Assembly (NCBI GenBank): GCA_051532055.1
Contig: JAOPTX010000026.1
Coordinates: 1-38,821, forward strand
DNA length: 38,821 nucleotides
From: Fibrobacterales bacterium
Lineage (GTDB): Bacteria > Fibrobacterota > Fibrobacteria > Fibrobacterales > JAOPTW01
Reading direction: 5' to 3'
Shown here: piece after piece, positions 28,166-38,702 of the stretch
Numbering within the stretch: the stretch's first letter is position 1
Layout: each line of letters begins with the position of its first letter
Made by a program: the position numbers and the translations under genes
Notes under the pieces: model-generated
The model's database searches: none
What the model saw: the letters and a program-made list of their open reading frames with translations, nothing else
What the model was told of the DNA's origin: nothing

Positions 28166-29425
28166 ATGTCACGCATGTCACAAAAATCACTGCCCATTTG
28201 GGCTTACCCTTGGGGCTTTGCAGAGGGCTTTTTAATCTTGTTTGGGCTTATCGCGACAGGCACTCTTCTCGAAGTCATACTTCCTACATTAGGCGAGAGC
28301 TCCCTACAGTGGCCATGGAATGGTTTACTTTTCTTTGGGGTACTCTGTGGAGCAACACTCATTTATGGCCTTTTCAAAAAACACCCTATCATACAATGGT
28401 TGTCGGGTGCCAAAGCAGCAATTGTCTCAATATTTGGTGTGTGCCTCGTTGTGATGCTTATGGGGACCTTCCCTCAATGGATTGATTATGGGAATCACGA
28501 GTCACTTACTCATACATTAGGTTTTCGGTCAGTTCTCTCTACATGGTACTTTTTCTTTATTGTGTTCTTCTTTATACTCTCACTTACTTTTGCGACACTT
28601 CGAAATATTCTTCATCCTGCTAAACGGAATTGGGGAGTGGTCATGAGCCATTTAGGGCTTCTTATTGTCACTCTGTCACTTGCTTTTGGAGCAGGCGATA
28701 TACAAAAAGCACGAATGGAGCTTACGGTTGGTGGAGGTGTCTCGGATAGAGGAATCACTGATACTGGCGATACTATTGTCTTTCCTTTTTTAATTGAACT
28801 CACCGACTTTGCCGTCGATGAATTTAATCCCAAGCTCGCAACTATAGGCCCTCAGGGAACTATTATCAACCCTCAAACAAGTATGTACGAAATTATTGAA
28901 GGCAAGAGAGGGACCATTGGAAATTGGGATTTCACGGTTAAACGCTATCACGAGCTTGCTTATAGTATGGAAAATGGCTCGTATCAGCCTGTGTATCAGC
29001 CAGGGGCAGCACCTGCTGCGTTAATAGAATTAAAGCATACTGTTTCGGACACTACCATTGAAGAGTGGGTAAGTTGCGGGAGCCTCTCTGTTGCTCGTAA
29101 GGGTATCGTAGTAAATGACTCTGTGACTTTTGTTATGGCTCTCCCTGAAGCAAAACGCTTTCGATCTACTATCAATATTATAGAAGAAAAATCACGCTTT
29201 AAGGGCCTCTCTCTTGAGGTAAATAAGCCCATTAAGAGAGAAGGGTGGCTCATTTATCAAGTAAGCTTTGATACCCGTATGGGACGATGGTCACAGCTGA
29301 GTGTCATTGAATTAGTAAGGGACCCTTGGCTCCCCGTTGTCTATACCGGTGTTGCCATGATGCTTATTGGTGCGCTGTATCTTTTCTGGTACGGTAAAGT
29401 AAGGAGAGAAAAATATGTGGCTTAA
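28166..29425 (+). CDS. Cytochrome c biogenesis system II protein, ResB/Ccs1-like
   Basis: N-terminal TMs, SHLGL motif, soluble loop, VNKP, C-terminal RDPWLPVVYTG TM; overlaps ccsA. Confidence 0.8.
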   Translation: MSRMSQKSLPIWAYPWGFAEGFLILFGLIATGTLLEVILPTLGESSLQWPWNGLLFFGVLCGATLIYGLFKKHPIIQWLSGAKAAIVSIFGVCLVVMLMGTFPQWIDYGNHESLTHTLGFRSVLSTWYFFFIVFFFILSLTFATLRNILHPAKRNWGVVMSHLGLLIVTLSLAFGAGDIQKARMELTVGGGVSDRGITDTGDTIVFPFLIELTDFAVDEFNPKLATIGPQGTIINPQTSMYEIIEGKRGTIGNWDFTVKRYHELAYSMENGSYQPVYQPGAAPAALIELKHTVSDTTIEEWVSCGSLSVARKGIVVNDSVTFVMALPEAKRFRSTINIIEEKSRFKGLSLEVNKPIKREGWLIYQVSFDTRMGRWSQLSVIELVRDPWLPVVYTGVAMMLIGALYLFWYGKVRREKYVA

Positions 29426-30209
29426 TTTTCCTCTGTATGTCGTGGGCGCTATTGCGTGCTGGGTTTTGGGTTCGAGTATTATACTCAAATGGAAGGAAGG
29501 GAAGCGTCATTGGGTTGGGGTTTCTGTTGTCTCTATAGGTTCATTAATTCTCTTTTATTTTATAAAAGAACTGTGGGTTACTCTCGAACGGCCACCACTG
29601 AGAACCCTTGGCGAAACACGCCTCCTTTATGCAGCATTCATCAGTATTATTGGTTTGGCGCTGTATGTGCGGTGGCGCTATAGATGGCTACTTATATATA
29701 GCTACACTGTAGCGGCTCTTTTTTTAGGAATCAATATACTTCGTCCAGAAGTACTCAACAAAACCTTAATGCCTGCACTCCATAGTGGATGGTTTGTACC
29801 TCATGTTGTTGTGTATATCTTTAGTTATGCTCTACTCGGTGCGGCTTCTCTTTTTGCCTTAAAGGGATTACTGCTCCATCGCTCTCAGAAGCCTGTTGAT
29901 GATACGCTGCAGGATGCTGATAATATTGTCTATATTGGTTTTGCGTTTCTTACCCTTGGTCTTCTTTTTGGTGCATTATGGGCTAAAGAAGCCTGGGGAC
30001 ACTATTGGGCATGGGATCCTAAAGAAACATGGGCCTTTATCACCTGGACTTGTTATTTGATCTATATACATGTTCGATTCATTCCAACCATTACTCCGGT
30101 GGTCTCCCTGCGGATTCTTGCGTTGGCTTTTGTGGTATTGTTAATATGTTGGTTTGGGGTTAACTATCTCCCCGCTGCGCAAAGTAGCGTACACACTTAT
30201 ACTGAGTAG
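29415..30209 (+). CDS. ccsA: Cytochrome c biogenesis system II haem lyase CcsA/ResC
   Basis: WWD motif WAKEAWGHYWAWDPKETW, PALHSGWFVPH, C-terminal SVHTY. Confidence 0.92.
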   Translation: MWLNFPLYVVGAIACWVLGSSIILKWKEGKRHWVGVSVVSIGSLILFYFIKELWVTLERPPLRTLGETRLLYAAFISIIGLALYVRWRYRWLLIYSYTVAALFLGINILRPEVLNKTLMPALHSGWFVPHVVVYIFSYALLGAASLFALKGLLLHRSQKPVDDTLQDADNIVYIGFAFLTLGLLFGALWAKEAWGHYWAWDPKETWAFITWTCYLIYIHVRFIPTITPVVSLRILALAFVVLLICWFGVNYLPAAQSSVHTYTE

Positions 30210-30211
30210 TT

Positions 30212-30526
30212 ATGAGTTACCCTTTTACTTTTAATGAAGTTAAAATTGTTAATCAGATGATTCTTCTCTATTGCACAAAGAATCACTCCTATGACGGTAC
30301 CCTTTGTCCTGATTGCCGTACCGTTGCAGAGTACTCTGAGAAACGGGTCAAGTATTGTCCCATAAAACAAAAAAAGCCTGTCTGTAATGTGTGCACTATT
30401 CATTGTTATTCTGATGAGATGCGTAATAAAATATTGATCATCATGAGGTATTCTGGGCCTCGAATGATACTCTTCTATCCTGTGTCAGCACTACAGTATC
30501 TTTTCAAAAAATATATCTCGGGCTAA
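30212..30526 (+). CDS. YgbA-like (nitrous oxide-stimulated promoter family) protein
   Basis: MILLYC...H...LCPDC...CP...KPVCNVCTIHCY...IMRYSGPRM pattern. Confidence 0.85.
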   Translation: MSYPFTFNEVKIVNQMILLYCTKNHSYDGTLCPDCRTVAEYSEKRVKYCPIKQKKPVCNVCTIHCYSDEMRNKILIIMRYSGPRMILFYPVSALQYLFKKYISG

Positions 30527-30575
30527 CCTTACACAGGATGGGACACGGGTATGGAATTCAATGATGAGTGGACTC

Positions 30576-30935
30576 TTAAAAATACCCTTTGGTATTAATA
30601 GTCCACTTTTTCCCATTAGTATCGGTACCATAGAGATAAGTACCGATACATCTTTTGGTTATCCGGGTTCCACAGTTATGGGGAGAACGTATGGTGATAA
30701 TGTTGGTACTATTCTTATGAGTAAGTATGACAAAGACGGCATTCTTTGGAAATAATTTTTGTTTCAGTGTAGAGTTTAATTCATACCCCGATATAAATAC
30801 GGTATTTAGTGCTACTGCATCTTGGGACCCTATATTCGAATTTTCTTTAACATAACTGATTTGCAAATGTTTTGCACTGACTGTTGTTGTAATTAGTGTA
30901 ACTAATGCAATAGTTATTAGTGTGGCAAATTTCAT
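30576..30935 (-). CDS. Small secreted hypothetical protein
   Basis: SD-like AAGGG, signal peptide MKFATLITIALVTLITTTVSA, two Cys. Confidence 0.65.
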   Translation of the reverse strand: MKFATLITIALVTLITTTVSAKHLQISYVKENSNIGSQDAVALNTVFISGYELNSTLKQKLFPKNAVFVILTHKNSTNIITIRSPHNCGTRITKRCIGTYLYGTDTNGKKWTINTKGYF

Positions 30936-31102
30936 AGTGTGTCCCTTAGCTCTCTTACCATTCTAATAATATTTTGAGTGCTATACCATAAAAAAGTGCT
31001 TACGCCAGAGTAGATTACAATTATAAATGATTCGTGATAATCTAAATTTCGTTTGCTTACTGATGGAGTTACTACGATCTATAACGCTTCAATTCCTTTA
31101 TT

Positions 31103-31116
31103 TTGACTCAAATCAA
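31103..31116. promoter_or_regulatory. FNR/CRP-family binding site
   Basis: TTGAC-TCAA-ATCAA, one mismatch to TTGAT-N4-ATCAA; TATATT -10-like hexamer at 31139-31144. Confidence 0.6.
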
Positions 31117-31175
31117 GGAATTGAGCAGTCATATCAACTATATTGAGGGAATATATTTTTTAAAAATTGAGTATA

Positions 31176-31490
31176 ATGCATATAACACAGAATGAAGGAG
31201 AGGTAGTCTTTGATCAAAATGGCTGCTTGGGAATTAAGAAACTCGTTACGCATAATACGGAATTTGTAACATTAACTATCGAGTCGAGGGGAGACATGAT
31301 GAAGCATGCACTTCCTTTTGATGTAACCTTCTTTGTTGCTCAAGGTGGTGGCGTTGCAATCATCGATGGTACAGATGTTGAGGCGCAAGTAGGGGATGTT
31401 CTCACCGTTTCAGCAGGCAAAGAGAGAAGCTGGTTTAATGGATTCGATTCAACCTTGGTACTATTTGTCGTGAAACATCTTAATCCTTAA
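31176..31490 (+). CDS. Cupin domain protein
   Basis: Short beta-rich protein, [17 protein letters not shown]...GDVLTV cupin pattern; ATG 31176 or TTG 31167. Confidence 0.78.
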   Translation: MHITQNEGEVVFDQNGCLGIKKLVTHNTEFVTLTIESRGDMMKHALPFDVTFFVAQGGGVAIIDGTDVEAQVGDVLTVSAGKERSWFNGFDSTLVLFVVKHLNP

Positions 31491-32475
31491 AAAGGGAAAG
31501 ATACTGCCCATAAGGTGAGTCACTCAGTTCCTCTTTTGAGATAAAACGGAGTGATGCTGAATTTATACAGTATCGCATTCCGGTTGGCGCAGGACCATCA
31601 GGGAAGAGGTGTCCTAAATGGGCATCTCCCTGTACACTGCGTACTTCAACTCGTTCCATACCATGGGAATGATCATGCACTTCTGTGATGTTGAGTGGTT
31701 CAATAGGGGAGAAAAAACTTGGCCACCCTGTGCCTGAATCAAATTTATCTTGTGAGCTAAAGAGTGGTTCACCCGAGATAATATCAACATAGATTCCTTC
31801 TTTTTTATTGTCCCAGTATTCATTTTGAAAAGGGGCTTCTGTTCCGTTCTCTTTTGTGACATGGAACTGAATCGGAGAGAGAGTCTCTTTAAGATTGGTG
31901 TTGTCTGTATTGGTTGATTGGTCTTTTTGCATTGGACGGTTCCAGTGTTCTTCGATAAATGTGTCTCGTCCCGATCCATGACGATATTGTTTATATCGAT
32001 TGGAGTTCTTTTTATAGTATTCCTGATGATGTGTTTCGGCAGCCCAAAATGTTGTAAATGGAGTAACGGCTGTTACTACGGGATTATCAAACCTTTCAGA
32101 GGAATCAATCTCTTTTTTTGTATTCAGGGCGATCTCTTGCTGGTGTTGGGAATGGTAAAATATTTCTGAACGATACTGGGGGCCCCGATCAAAGAACGAT
32201 CCACCCGCATCAGTTGGGTCAATTTGTTTCCAAAAAAAATCAATAAGAGCAGTGTAGTTGACGATAGAACTATCATAAGTGATCTGAATAACTTCTGCAT
32301 GGCCAGTAGCGCCACCACATACTTGTTCGTAAGTCGGGTTATCTTCCAGGCCACCTGAATAACCTGAAACAACTGATTGAACTCCATAGAGTGATGCAAA
32401 TGCTGACTCCATACACCAGAAACATCCACCAGCAAAAGTTGCTGTTTCTATTGGTTGGTTCTCGTTCATATACAC
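31480..32475 (-). CDS. msrAB: Fused methionine sulfoxide reductase MsrA/MsrB, no signal peptide
   Basis: [36 protein letters not shown]. Confidence 0.93.
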   Translation of the reverse strand: MYMNENQPIETATFAGGCFWCMESAFASLYGVQSVVSGYSGGLEDNPTYEQVCGGATGHAEVIQITYDSSIVNYTALIDFFWKQIDPTDAGGSFFDRGPQYRSEIFYHSQHQQEIALNTKKEIDSSERFDNPVVTAVTPFTTFWAAETHHQEYYKKNSNRYKQYRHGSGRDTFIEEHWNRPMQKDQSTNTDNTNLKETLSPIQFHVTKENGTEAPFQNEYWDNKKEGIYVDIISGEPLFSSQDKFDSGTGWPSFFSPIEPLNITEVHDHSHGMERVEVRSVQGDAHLGHLFPDGPAPTGMRYCINSASLRFISKEELSDSPYGQYLSLFKD

Positions 32476-32596
32476 TCCAATTAAAGGGGGTTCTTCATTG
32501 AAAATATCAAAATTAAAAGGGATTGCTACCTTCTCGCTTCAACTCTTAAAAATAGTGTAAAGTTGACATTGAATATCTAAGAAGAGAAGAGGTGCG

Positions 32597-33637
32597 CTAC
32601 TCTCTATCGAGGCGAATTTGTTCAAGGCACGTTGCAATAAGGTGCCATTGAAAATACATTTGATCATCTATAGACATGGCTATGAGGCCTTTTTGATTTG
32701 CTTCATCTAGAATCTGATTACTCTCTAAAGAGCCTGAACGCCACTTAAGAATATCTTCTTTCCACTCCATCCCTTTAGGATCTGGTGGTCCGAGAATTTC
32801 GCCCACTCCAGGGGTAATGAAAAGAGGCATCTCTGACACAACCGTTAAGCAGTCATCACTGATCGAACGCATTACTTCCATAGAACTGGGGTAAAAACGG
32901 TCAGCTGTTGCGCTATCACCCTTTTCAAGGAAAAAAGCGCGCATATTATTAGAGTCAGGACGAGTACAAAAGCCTTTTCCGAGACGGAAAAAACCTTTTT
33001 CACCATTGCGTTCAATATCATGAACACTATATCCCTTTGTTGCAACTTCTGAAAGACACTGTTCTTTTAAAAATGAAATACGAGTTTGCCATTCGCTTTC
33101 CAAAAGGTACCACGGGCCTGCAGCAAAAGCCATTCCATGGAGTGAGGCATGAAGATCAAATGACTTATTTTGACTGATCCACCAATCATATATTTCTCTG
33201 TTCTCAATACGGGCTCCAGGGTCTCTTTCATCCCTAGGGTACCCAAATTCAATATCTTCACCAGGGAGCTCGCGTTGACTCTGTGTAAGGTAAGGAATCA
33301 GTTCAGCAGAATGGGCAGTGTCAGACCACCATTTGTCATTGTCTCTTTTACCATCGGGATTTGCATGGGGGATAATCGACCATGAGTAGTCCGTAAGGAG
33401 TGGATGATCACTCGGTATACTGGTGAGGTAGTTGACTAGTTTACGAAGGAGTTTTGGCCCAACGGGTTCATCGGCGTGAGACCCTGCAATGAGACTTACC
33501 GCTAAAGGACCGGTTCCAAAAGTGAATCCATCAATAGGATTGTTGTCTCTACTGTAACCAATAGGTGAGGCTATCCTGAGGGTATCGGTGCAAGTGCGAA
33601 TGGACTGTGATAAAGAACAAAGATCTTTGTAAAACAT
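32597..33637 (-). CDS. M14 family zinc carboxypeptidase-like protein
   Basis: IGYSR, HADE (HxxE), PHANPDG, HASLH; ATG 33637 with SD GAGG preferred. Confidence 0.8.
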   Translation of the reverse strand: MFYKDLCSLSQSIRTCTDTLRIASPIGYSRDNNPIDGFTFGTGPLAVSLIAGSHADEPVGPKLLRKLVNYLTSIPSDHPLLTDYSWSIIPHANPDGKRDNDKWWSDTAHSAELIPYLTQSQRELPGEDIEFGYPRDERDPGARIENREIYDWWISQNKSFDLHASLHGMAFAAGPWYLLESEWQTRISFLKEQCLSEVATKGYSVHDIERNGEKGFFRLGKGFCTRPDSNNMRAFFLEKGDSATADRFYPSSMEVMRSISDDCLTVVSEMPLFITPGVGEILGPPDPKGMEWKEDILKWRSGSLESNQILDEANQKGLIAMSIDDQMYFQWHLIATCLEQIRLDRE

Positions 33638-33754
33638 TAATACCTCAAATAGTATGGTTATATGTAGCAATTTGAGGGGGGTAAACTTCACTTTTATCTC
33701 GAGCCGGTCCGACCATTTACTATAATTTTTTCATATTCAATAATTGAGGTTTCT

Positions 33755-35188
33755 ATGAAAAAGGCTTTATTAGTCATAGCGAGTACCCTAGTAATTTTCA
33801 CTGGGTGTCTTACATCTGATGACTCTGGTTCGACAACAGCAGAAACAAATACCAATCCAGAACTTGTAGCAGCACAGGCAGAACTTGATAGTGTTAAGGC
33901 AGAATTAGACAGTGCGAAAATTGAACTGGAGGAGGTAAAGGAAGATTATGATGATGCTGTAGAGGACGATGCCGATTGTGAAACTTCTGAATGCCAAGAG
34001 GCGAAAACTGCTTTAGATACAAAACAGTCTGAAGTAACCGAGGCCGAAGCGAAAGTTGATACTCAAGAGAAAGAAGTAAAGGATACTGAAGAGAAAATTG
34101 CAGAGGAGCAAAAAGCAGCTGTAGAGGCTGCTCAAAATAGTGCTTCGTATAGTAATTCGTTCAATTTCTATGAAGAGAATGCTATAGAGTCTTACAATGA
34201 TGAAGTGCTTATTACATTGGAAATTTCAGATGATTGTGAAGAGGAAGAAGTTACGTATAAGTATATTTTGGACGATGATGAGTTAATAATAGAAACTGAA
34301 GAATGTGAACGTATTACTTATACGGGTTCAAGTGAAACGGTTGTTGGATATTGGACCTTTAAAAGCTGGGAATTTGATTCTTCTATCACATTTGGTTGTG
34401 ATGAGGATGCTGCAAATGCTTTTAAAGATACAGGTAATAGTGGCTCAATGACTATTACTGAACAAAAAATGATCATTGATCAAACGATCGCCTATAACTG
34501 CCTTATAGATATAACTACTACAGATGGAGATTTTGCGGGTGTTGACATGGAAAAAGTAGATTGTAATACGGTAAGAGACTCTCATAAGGGCTTTGAATCA
34601 GAAGTTAGGATTGATGTATCACAAGGCGTTATGTCTGTAAAGATGTCACAATCATATGATGGTACTTCTTGTGAGGTTGAGATGACAACAAGTATGGAAC
34701 AATTTGAATCCATAGAGGCATGTAAAGATGAAGAAACAGAAATGGAATCTCAAGCAGGAGAATTAGTTTGTATGATGAGGCTTAATCAAGCTTTTTGTAA
34801 GGACTTTCCAGACGATCAAATGTGTTCTGATGAGCTGGATATAGATAATTCAGGTGGCGATGGTGACAGTGATGGGGATAATGGCACTAATAATACAACT
34901 ACTGACCCTGATGATACGTATACCTTTCCTTCTGAAAAGCAAGGGAATGAATCGGCATCATGCGATTTTGGCATGTATTGTGCAACCTACCTAAATATAT
35001 CAAGTGAATATAAGCAAGCAATGGAGGCTCAATGCACTGGGACTAACTCGGCAGTGACGAGTTGTCCTGCCTCAAGCACCGCGTGTGAAACTCAAACAAT
35101 ACTGGGTAGCCTAAGTATGCAAATGTATGTACCGGTTAATTCAACCTTTACTTGTGAGATGATTTTAGAAAGTATGGAAGAGAATTAG
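33755..35188 (+). CDS. Acidic, Cys-rich hypothetical lipoprotein with N-terminal coiled coil
   Basis: MKKALLVIASTLVIFTGC lipobox, Glu/Ala/Lys heptad segment, many Cys, Gly/Asp/Asn/Thr linker, SD GAGG. Confidence 0.8.
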   Translation: MKKALLVIASTLVIFTGCLTSDDSGSTTAETNTNPELVAAQAELDSVKAELDSAKIELEEVKEDYDDAVEDDADCETSECQEAKTALDTKQSEVTEAEAKVDTQEKEVKDTEEKIAEEQKAAVEAAQNSASYSNSFNFYEENAIESYNDEVLITLEISDDCEEEEVTYKYILDDDELIIETEECERITYTGSSETVVGYWTFKSWEFDSSITFGCDEDAANAFKDTGNSGSMTITEQKMIIDQTIAYNCLIDITTTDGDFAGVDMEKVDCNTVRDSHKGFESEVRIDVSQGVMSVKMSQSYDGTSCEVEMTTSMEQFESIEACKDEETEMESQAGELVCMMRLNQAFCKDFPDDQMCSDELDIDNSGGDGDSDGDNGTNNTTTDPDDTYTFPSEKQGNESASCDFGMYCATYLNISSEYKQAMEAQCTGTNSAVTSCPASSTACETQTILGSLSMQMYVPVNSTFTCEMILESMEEN

Positions 35189-35226
35189 TCGAGCCATTTG
35201 CATTAATGACATTTTATCAGTTTAAT

Positions 35227-35263
35227 AAAAAAGAGCCTATCCCAAGAGAATAAGCTCTTTTTT
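35227..35263. terminator. Bidirectional rho-independent terminator between convergent genes
   Basis: AAAAAAGAGC...GCTCTTTTTT inverted repeat with A- and T-runs on both sides. Confidence 0.8.
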
Positions 35264-35290
35264 ATATCTTGATTTGATACTGGCTTTACA

Positions 35291-35989
35291 CTATAGGTTT
35301 AAAAAACGTCTACACACAGTGCTCAATATACTGTTTGCTTTTTGCATATGATGGAGAGCACTTTCACGAATTGCCGACTCAGTCTGAATAAAAATACCAT
35401 CAACTAATTCATCTCCACAGTGGGTAATAAGATTGTCGAGGCTTTTACCGGTGCTTTCAATATGAAACTGAAAGCCGATGACTTGGTCATTATAAATAAA
35501 ACCTTGGGTGTCGCACCCTTCTGAGCTAAAGAGTGATATCGCATTTTTGGGTATTTCAAATTGATCGCCATGCCAATGCATAGCTACCATAGAATCGGGG
35601 ACATCGGCAAAATAGGGATGAGTCTTTGCCCCCATAAGGCGCTCAATTTGGAACCAGCCGATCTCTTTCTGAGGGCCTGGAGCGACTTTTGCACCAAGAA
35701 CATCGGCAATAAGCTGTGCACCAAGGCAAATTCCAATCATCTTGGTTCCTTGATCTATCTCTCGTTCCAAAAACTCTTTTTCAGCTTTCAGCCACGGGTA
35801 CTCTTCATAGTCATAAATGCCCATAGGGCCACCCATAATAACGAGGAGGTCAGTCTCTAAAAGATCAGGGAGTCTCTCGCCATCATAAAGTTTTGTGGAA
35901 CTAATATCAAACGAGTGCTCTTCAGCCCATTCAAGAATGTATCCAGGGTCTTCAAATGGTACGTGCTGTATATAATGTAATGATTTCAT
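35291..35989 (-). CDS. Class I glutamine amidotransferase-like protein
   Basis: QHVPFEDPG, MGGPMG, GICLGAQ, WHGD, QFHIE catalytic triad motifs. Confidence 0.92.
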   Translation of the reverse strand: MKSLHYIQHVPFEDPGYILEWAEEHSFDISSTKLYDGERLPDLLETDLLVIMGGPMGIYDYEEYPWLKAEKEFLEREIDQGTKMIGICLGAQLIADVLGAKVAPGPQKEIGWFQIERLMGAKTHPYFADVPDSMVAMHWHGDQFEIPKNAISLFSSEGCDTQGFIYNDQVIGFQFHIESTGKSLDNLITHCGDELVDGIFIQTESAIRESALHHMQKANSILSTVCRRFLNL

Positions 35990-36049
35990 ATTTTAAAAGT
36001 ACAAACAGAGTACTGGCTTGTATAGGCTAAAGTTGTATTTTAAAGGGCT

Positions 36050-36610
36050 CTAGTAAGTAGTGCACGGATCTATTACTGGTTCTATAACAGAAGAGAGTAT
36101 ATCCTTAATGGAAAGATGATCCCCAATATCTGCTCCATAATGTGCAGTGAGAATAGTTCCATCACCATCAATTAAAAGGTCAGCTGGAAGTCGAGTGAGT
36201 GTTGCATCAATCTTTCCGGGTAAAAAACCTTTTGCCATAGCCTTGATAAATTGTTTCCATTGTGCTATAAAGCTCCATGCAAACTTTGAAAGGGACTTTT
36301 CGGAACCGTACTTCGAGTAAATTATTTGATCTGGATCGGCAATGATTGTAAAAGGAATGGAGCGTTGACCGAGTGATTGAAGAACAGAATCGACAGGTGA
36401 TTCAAATACAGCAACAATATCTATTCCAGCGGTTTTAAATTCATCGTAAGCGGAAACAAGTTGGTGTACCCGCAAATTACACATAGGGCAGCTTGCATAG
36501 CGAAAGAGTGCAAGAAGGGTTGGTTTATTAATAGACGAGAGAGAAATCTCTCTGCCATGAATATCTTTGGTTACAAAATGTGGGGCCTGTTGGCCTTTAA
36601 GGAGTTTCAT
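36050..36610 (-). CDS. Peroxiredoxin-like AhpC/TSA (redoxin) family protein
   Basis: [21 protein letters not shown] motifs. Confidence 0.85.
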   Translation of the reverse strand: MKLLKGQQAPHFVTKDIHGREISLSSINKPTLLALFRYASCPMCNLRVHQLVSAYDEFKTAGIDIVAVFESPVDSVLQSLGQRSIPFTIIADPDQIIYSKYGSEKSLSKFAWSFIAQWKQFIKAMAKGFLPGKIDATLTRLPADLLIDGDGTILTAHYGADIGDHLSIKDILSSVIEPVIDPCTTY

Positions 36611-38702
36611 ACTGAGGAAGAACCTGTTTCAATACATCTGCAACTTTTGTCGTCGGTAGATCACAAACCTTACCACGACAGACGTACATAGTTGTTTTTC
36701 CTGCAACTAATTTATGTTCAAGGAGTGCAAGAGTGCCTTCACTTTCGCCACCGAGGAGAATAGTATTAGGTAGATAATATTGGGCTAATTCATTTCTGAC
36801 TTTCTCAGCTTCTGGACCAACAATGGCTACCTCATAATGGGGGGCAGTGTGGTACATGAGTTGTCGACTCCAATTAGAGTAGTAGTAGCCACCTTTAGGA
36901 AGGTTGCGATAGACGACGTTGACCATGCGCTTATGCATTTCATTATAGCGAGTCTTATCTAAAAGCGCACCAAGTTTAAAGAGGTTCTCTGCAAGAACAG
37001 AGTTTGAGGCAGGAGTCACATTATCAGCTGACTCATATTTGTCAGCAATTAACTCATTACTCTCTTTTGGGGTATATTGAAAAAGGTGGGCTTTATTATC
37101 CCAAAAGTGTTCAATGGTGTAGGCCATGAGGGTGTCTGCTTTGGTAATCCATTGCTCATCAAAGGTTGCTTCGTAGAGTTCAATGAGAGCTTTAATGACA
37201 AAAGCATAATCATCAGAAAAGCCTCTAATTGTGGGAGACCCTTTTTTGTAATTGTGATACAGTCCACCATCCGATGTTGCGAGAGAGTCGAGGACAAAAG
37301 TTATAGCGGTCGTAGCTCGGTGCAGAAAAGAAGGTTCGCTAAAGGCTTCATAGGCAGCGACGAGGCCCGAAATAGTCAGAGCGTTCCATGAGGTAATAAT
37401 TTTGTCATCAAGCGCCGGAGAGATTCGCTTTAAGCGGGCATTATACAGCAACGCTTTATTCTCAAGAAGTTTTTGATGGAGGTCTTCTAGGGGAACCTTG
37501 TGTTTTGAAGCAAAGTGCTCAAGGTGCTCATCGCGGTGGATAACATTTTTGCCGTGTTCCCAATTTCCTCGTTGACTGATAGTGTAAACCTCTTTAAAGA
37601 GAGGGGCATCAGTTCCTAGAATACGATCGATATCATTGGCACTCCATGCATAAAACTTTCCTTCTTCGCCCTCACTGTCTGCATCGTATGCTGCGTAAAA
37701 GGCGTCTTTGTCACTACTCATATCACTATTCAGAAACTCTATTGTCTGATAGACGGTTTCTTTGTAAAGAGGGTTTTTGGTCTGTTTATATGCTTTAGAA
37801 TAGAGTTCAATGAGCTGCCCATTGTCGTAGAGCATTTTTTCAAAGTGGGGGACCTTCCAATAGCGGTCAACGGAGTATCGAGCAAATGCGCCACCGAGTT
37901 GATCATAGATGCCTCCCATAGCCATTTTATCAAGAGTGAGTGAGACTGCTTTGTGAGTTGATTCTTCTCCATAGTAATAGGAGTGCTGGAGTAAAAACTC
38001 AATACCAACGGGCATAGGGAATTTGGGAGCGCCTTCGGTACCACCATGAGTCATATCCATTCCACTCATTATGTGAGAATGAATCTTTTGAATATCTTGA
38101 TCCATAAAAGTGTGATCACTATAATCCCCTAAACGCGCAAGATCACCCCGCTTAATTCCATTGGTGATGTTCTCGGCTTGCATTAATACTTTTTGAGGGT
38201 CGGTGGCATAGATAGTGTCAAGTTTCTGTAAAAGTTCTAGCCACTGCTTTTTAGGGTAATAGGTGCCGGCATAAATGGGGCGTCCGTCAGGGAGGGCTAT
38301 TGCATTGAGGGGCCACCCACCACTTCCTGAGAGAAGGTGCACGGCATCCATATATATTTGATCCACATCGGGACGCTCTTCGCGGTCAACTTTAATAGAA
38401 ACAAAACGCTCATTCATCATTTCAGCGGCAGTGTCATCAGAAAATGTTTCGTGTTCCATGACGTGGCACCAATGGCAGGCGGCATAACCAATACTGATTA
38501 TAACCAACTTGTTTTCTGTTTTTGCTTTTTCAAAAGCTTCAGTACCCCAAGGGTACCAGTTAACAGGATTATGGGCGTGCATTTGTAGATAGGGGCTTGT
38601 TTCATTAATCAGTGCATTGGTGTGCTGCATTGTGTCTCCGCTTGATCTACATCCAAACAGTGCGATAGATGCCAAAATGAGTGTTCGGGGTAGGGTAAAC
38701 AT
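36597..38702 (-). CDS. YyaL/SPATA20-like thioredoxin-domain protein (DUF255 plus alpha/alpha toroid), with lipoprotein-type signal
   Basis: [57 protein letters not shown]-terminal LFGC lipobox-like; SD AGGAG. Confidence 0.92.
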   Translation of the reverse strand: MFTLPRTLILASIALFGCRSSGDTMQHTNALINETSPYLQMHAHNPVNWYPWGTEAFEKAKTENKLVIISIGYAACHWCHVMEHETFSDDTAAEMMNERFVSIKVDREERPDVDQIYMDAVHLLSGSGGWPLNAIALPDGRPIYAGTYYPKKQWLELLQKLDTIYATDPQKVLMQAENITNGIKRGDLARLGDYSDHTFMDQDIQKIHSHIMSGMDMTHGGTEGAPKFPMPVGIEFLLQHSYYYGEESTHKAVSLTLDKMAMGGIYDQLGGAFARYSVDRYWKVPHFEKMLYDNGQLIELYSKAYKQTKNPLYKETVYQTIEFLNSDMSSDKDAFYAAYDADSEGEEGKFYAWSANDIDRILGTDAPLFKEVYTISQRGNWEHGKNVIHRDEHLEHFASKHKVPLEDLHQKLLENKALLYNARLKRISPALDDKIITSWNALTISGLVAAYEAFSEPSFLHRATTAITFVLDSLATSDGGLYHNYKKGSPTIRGFSDDYAFVIKALIELYEATFDEQWITKADTLMAYTIEHFWDNKAHLFQYTPKESNELIADKYESADNVTPASNSVLAENLFKLGALLDKTRYNEMHKRMVNVVYRNLPKGGYYYSNWSRQLMYHTAPHYEVAIVGPEAEKVRNELAQYYLPNTILLGGESEGTLALLEHKLVAGKTTMYVCRGKVCDLPTTKVADVLKQVLPQYETP

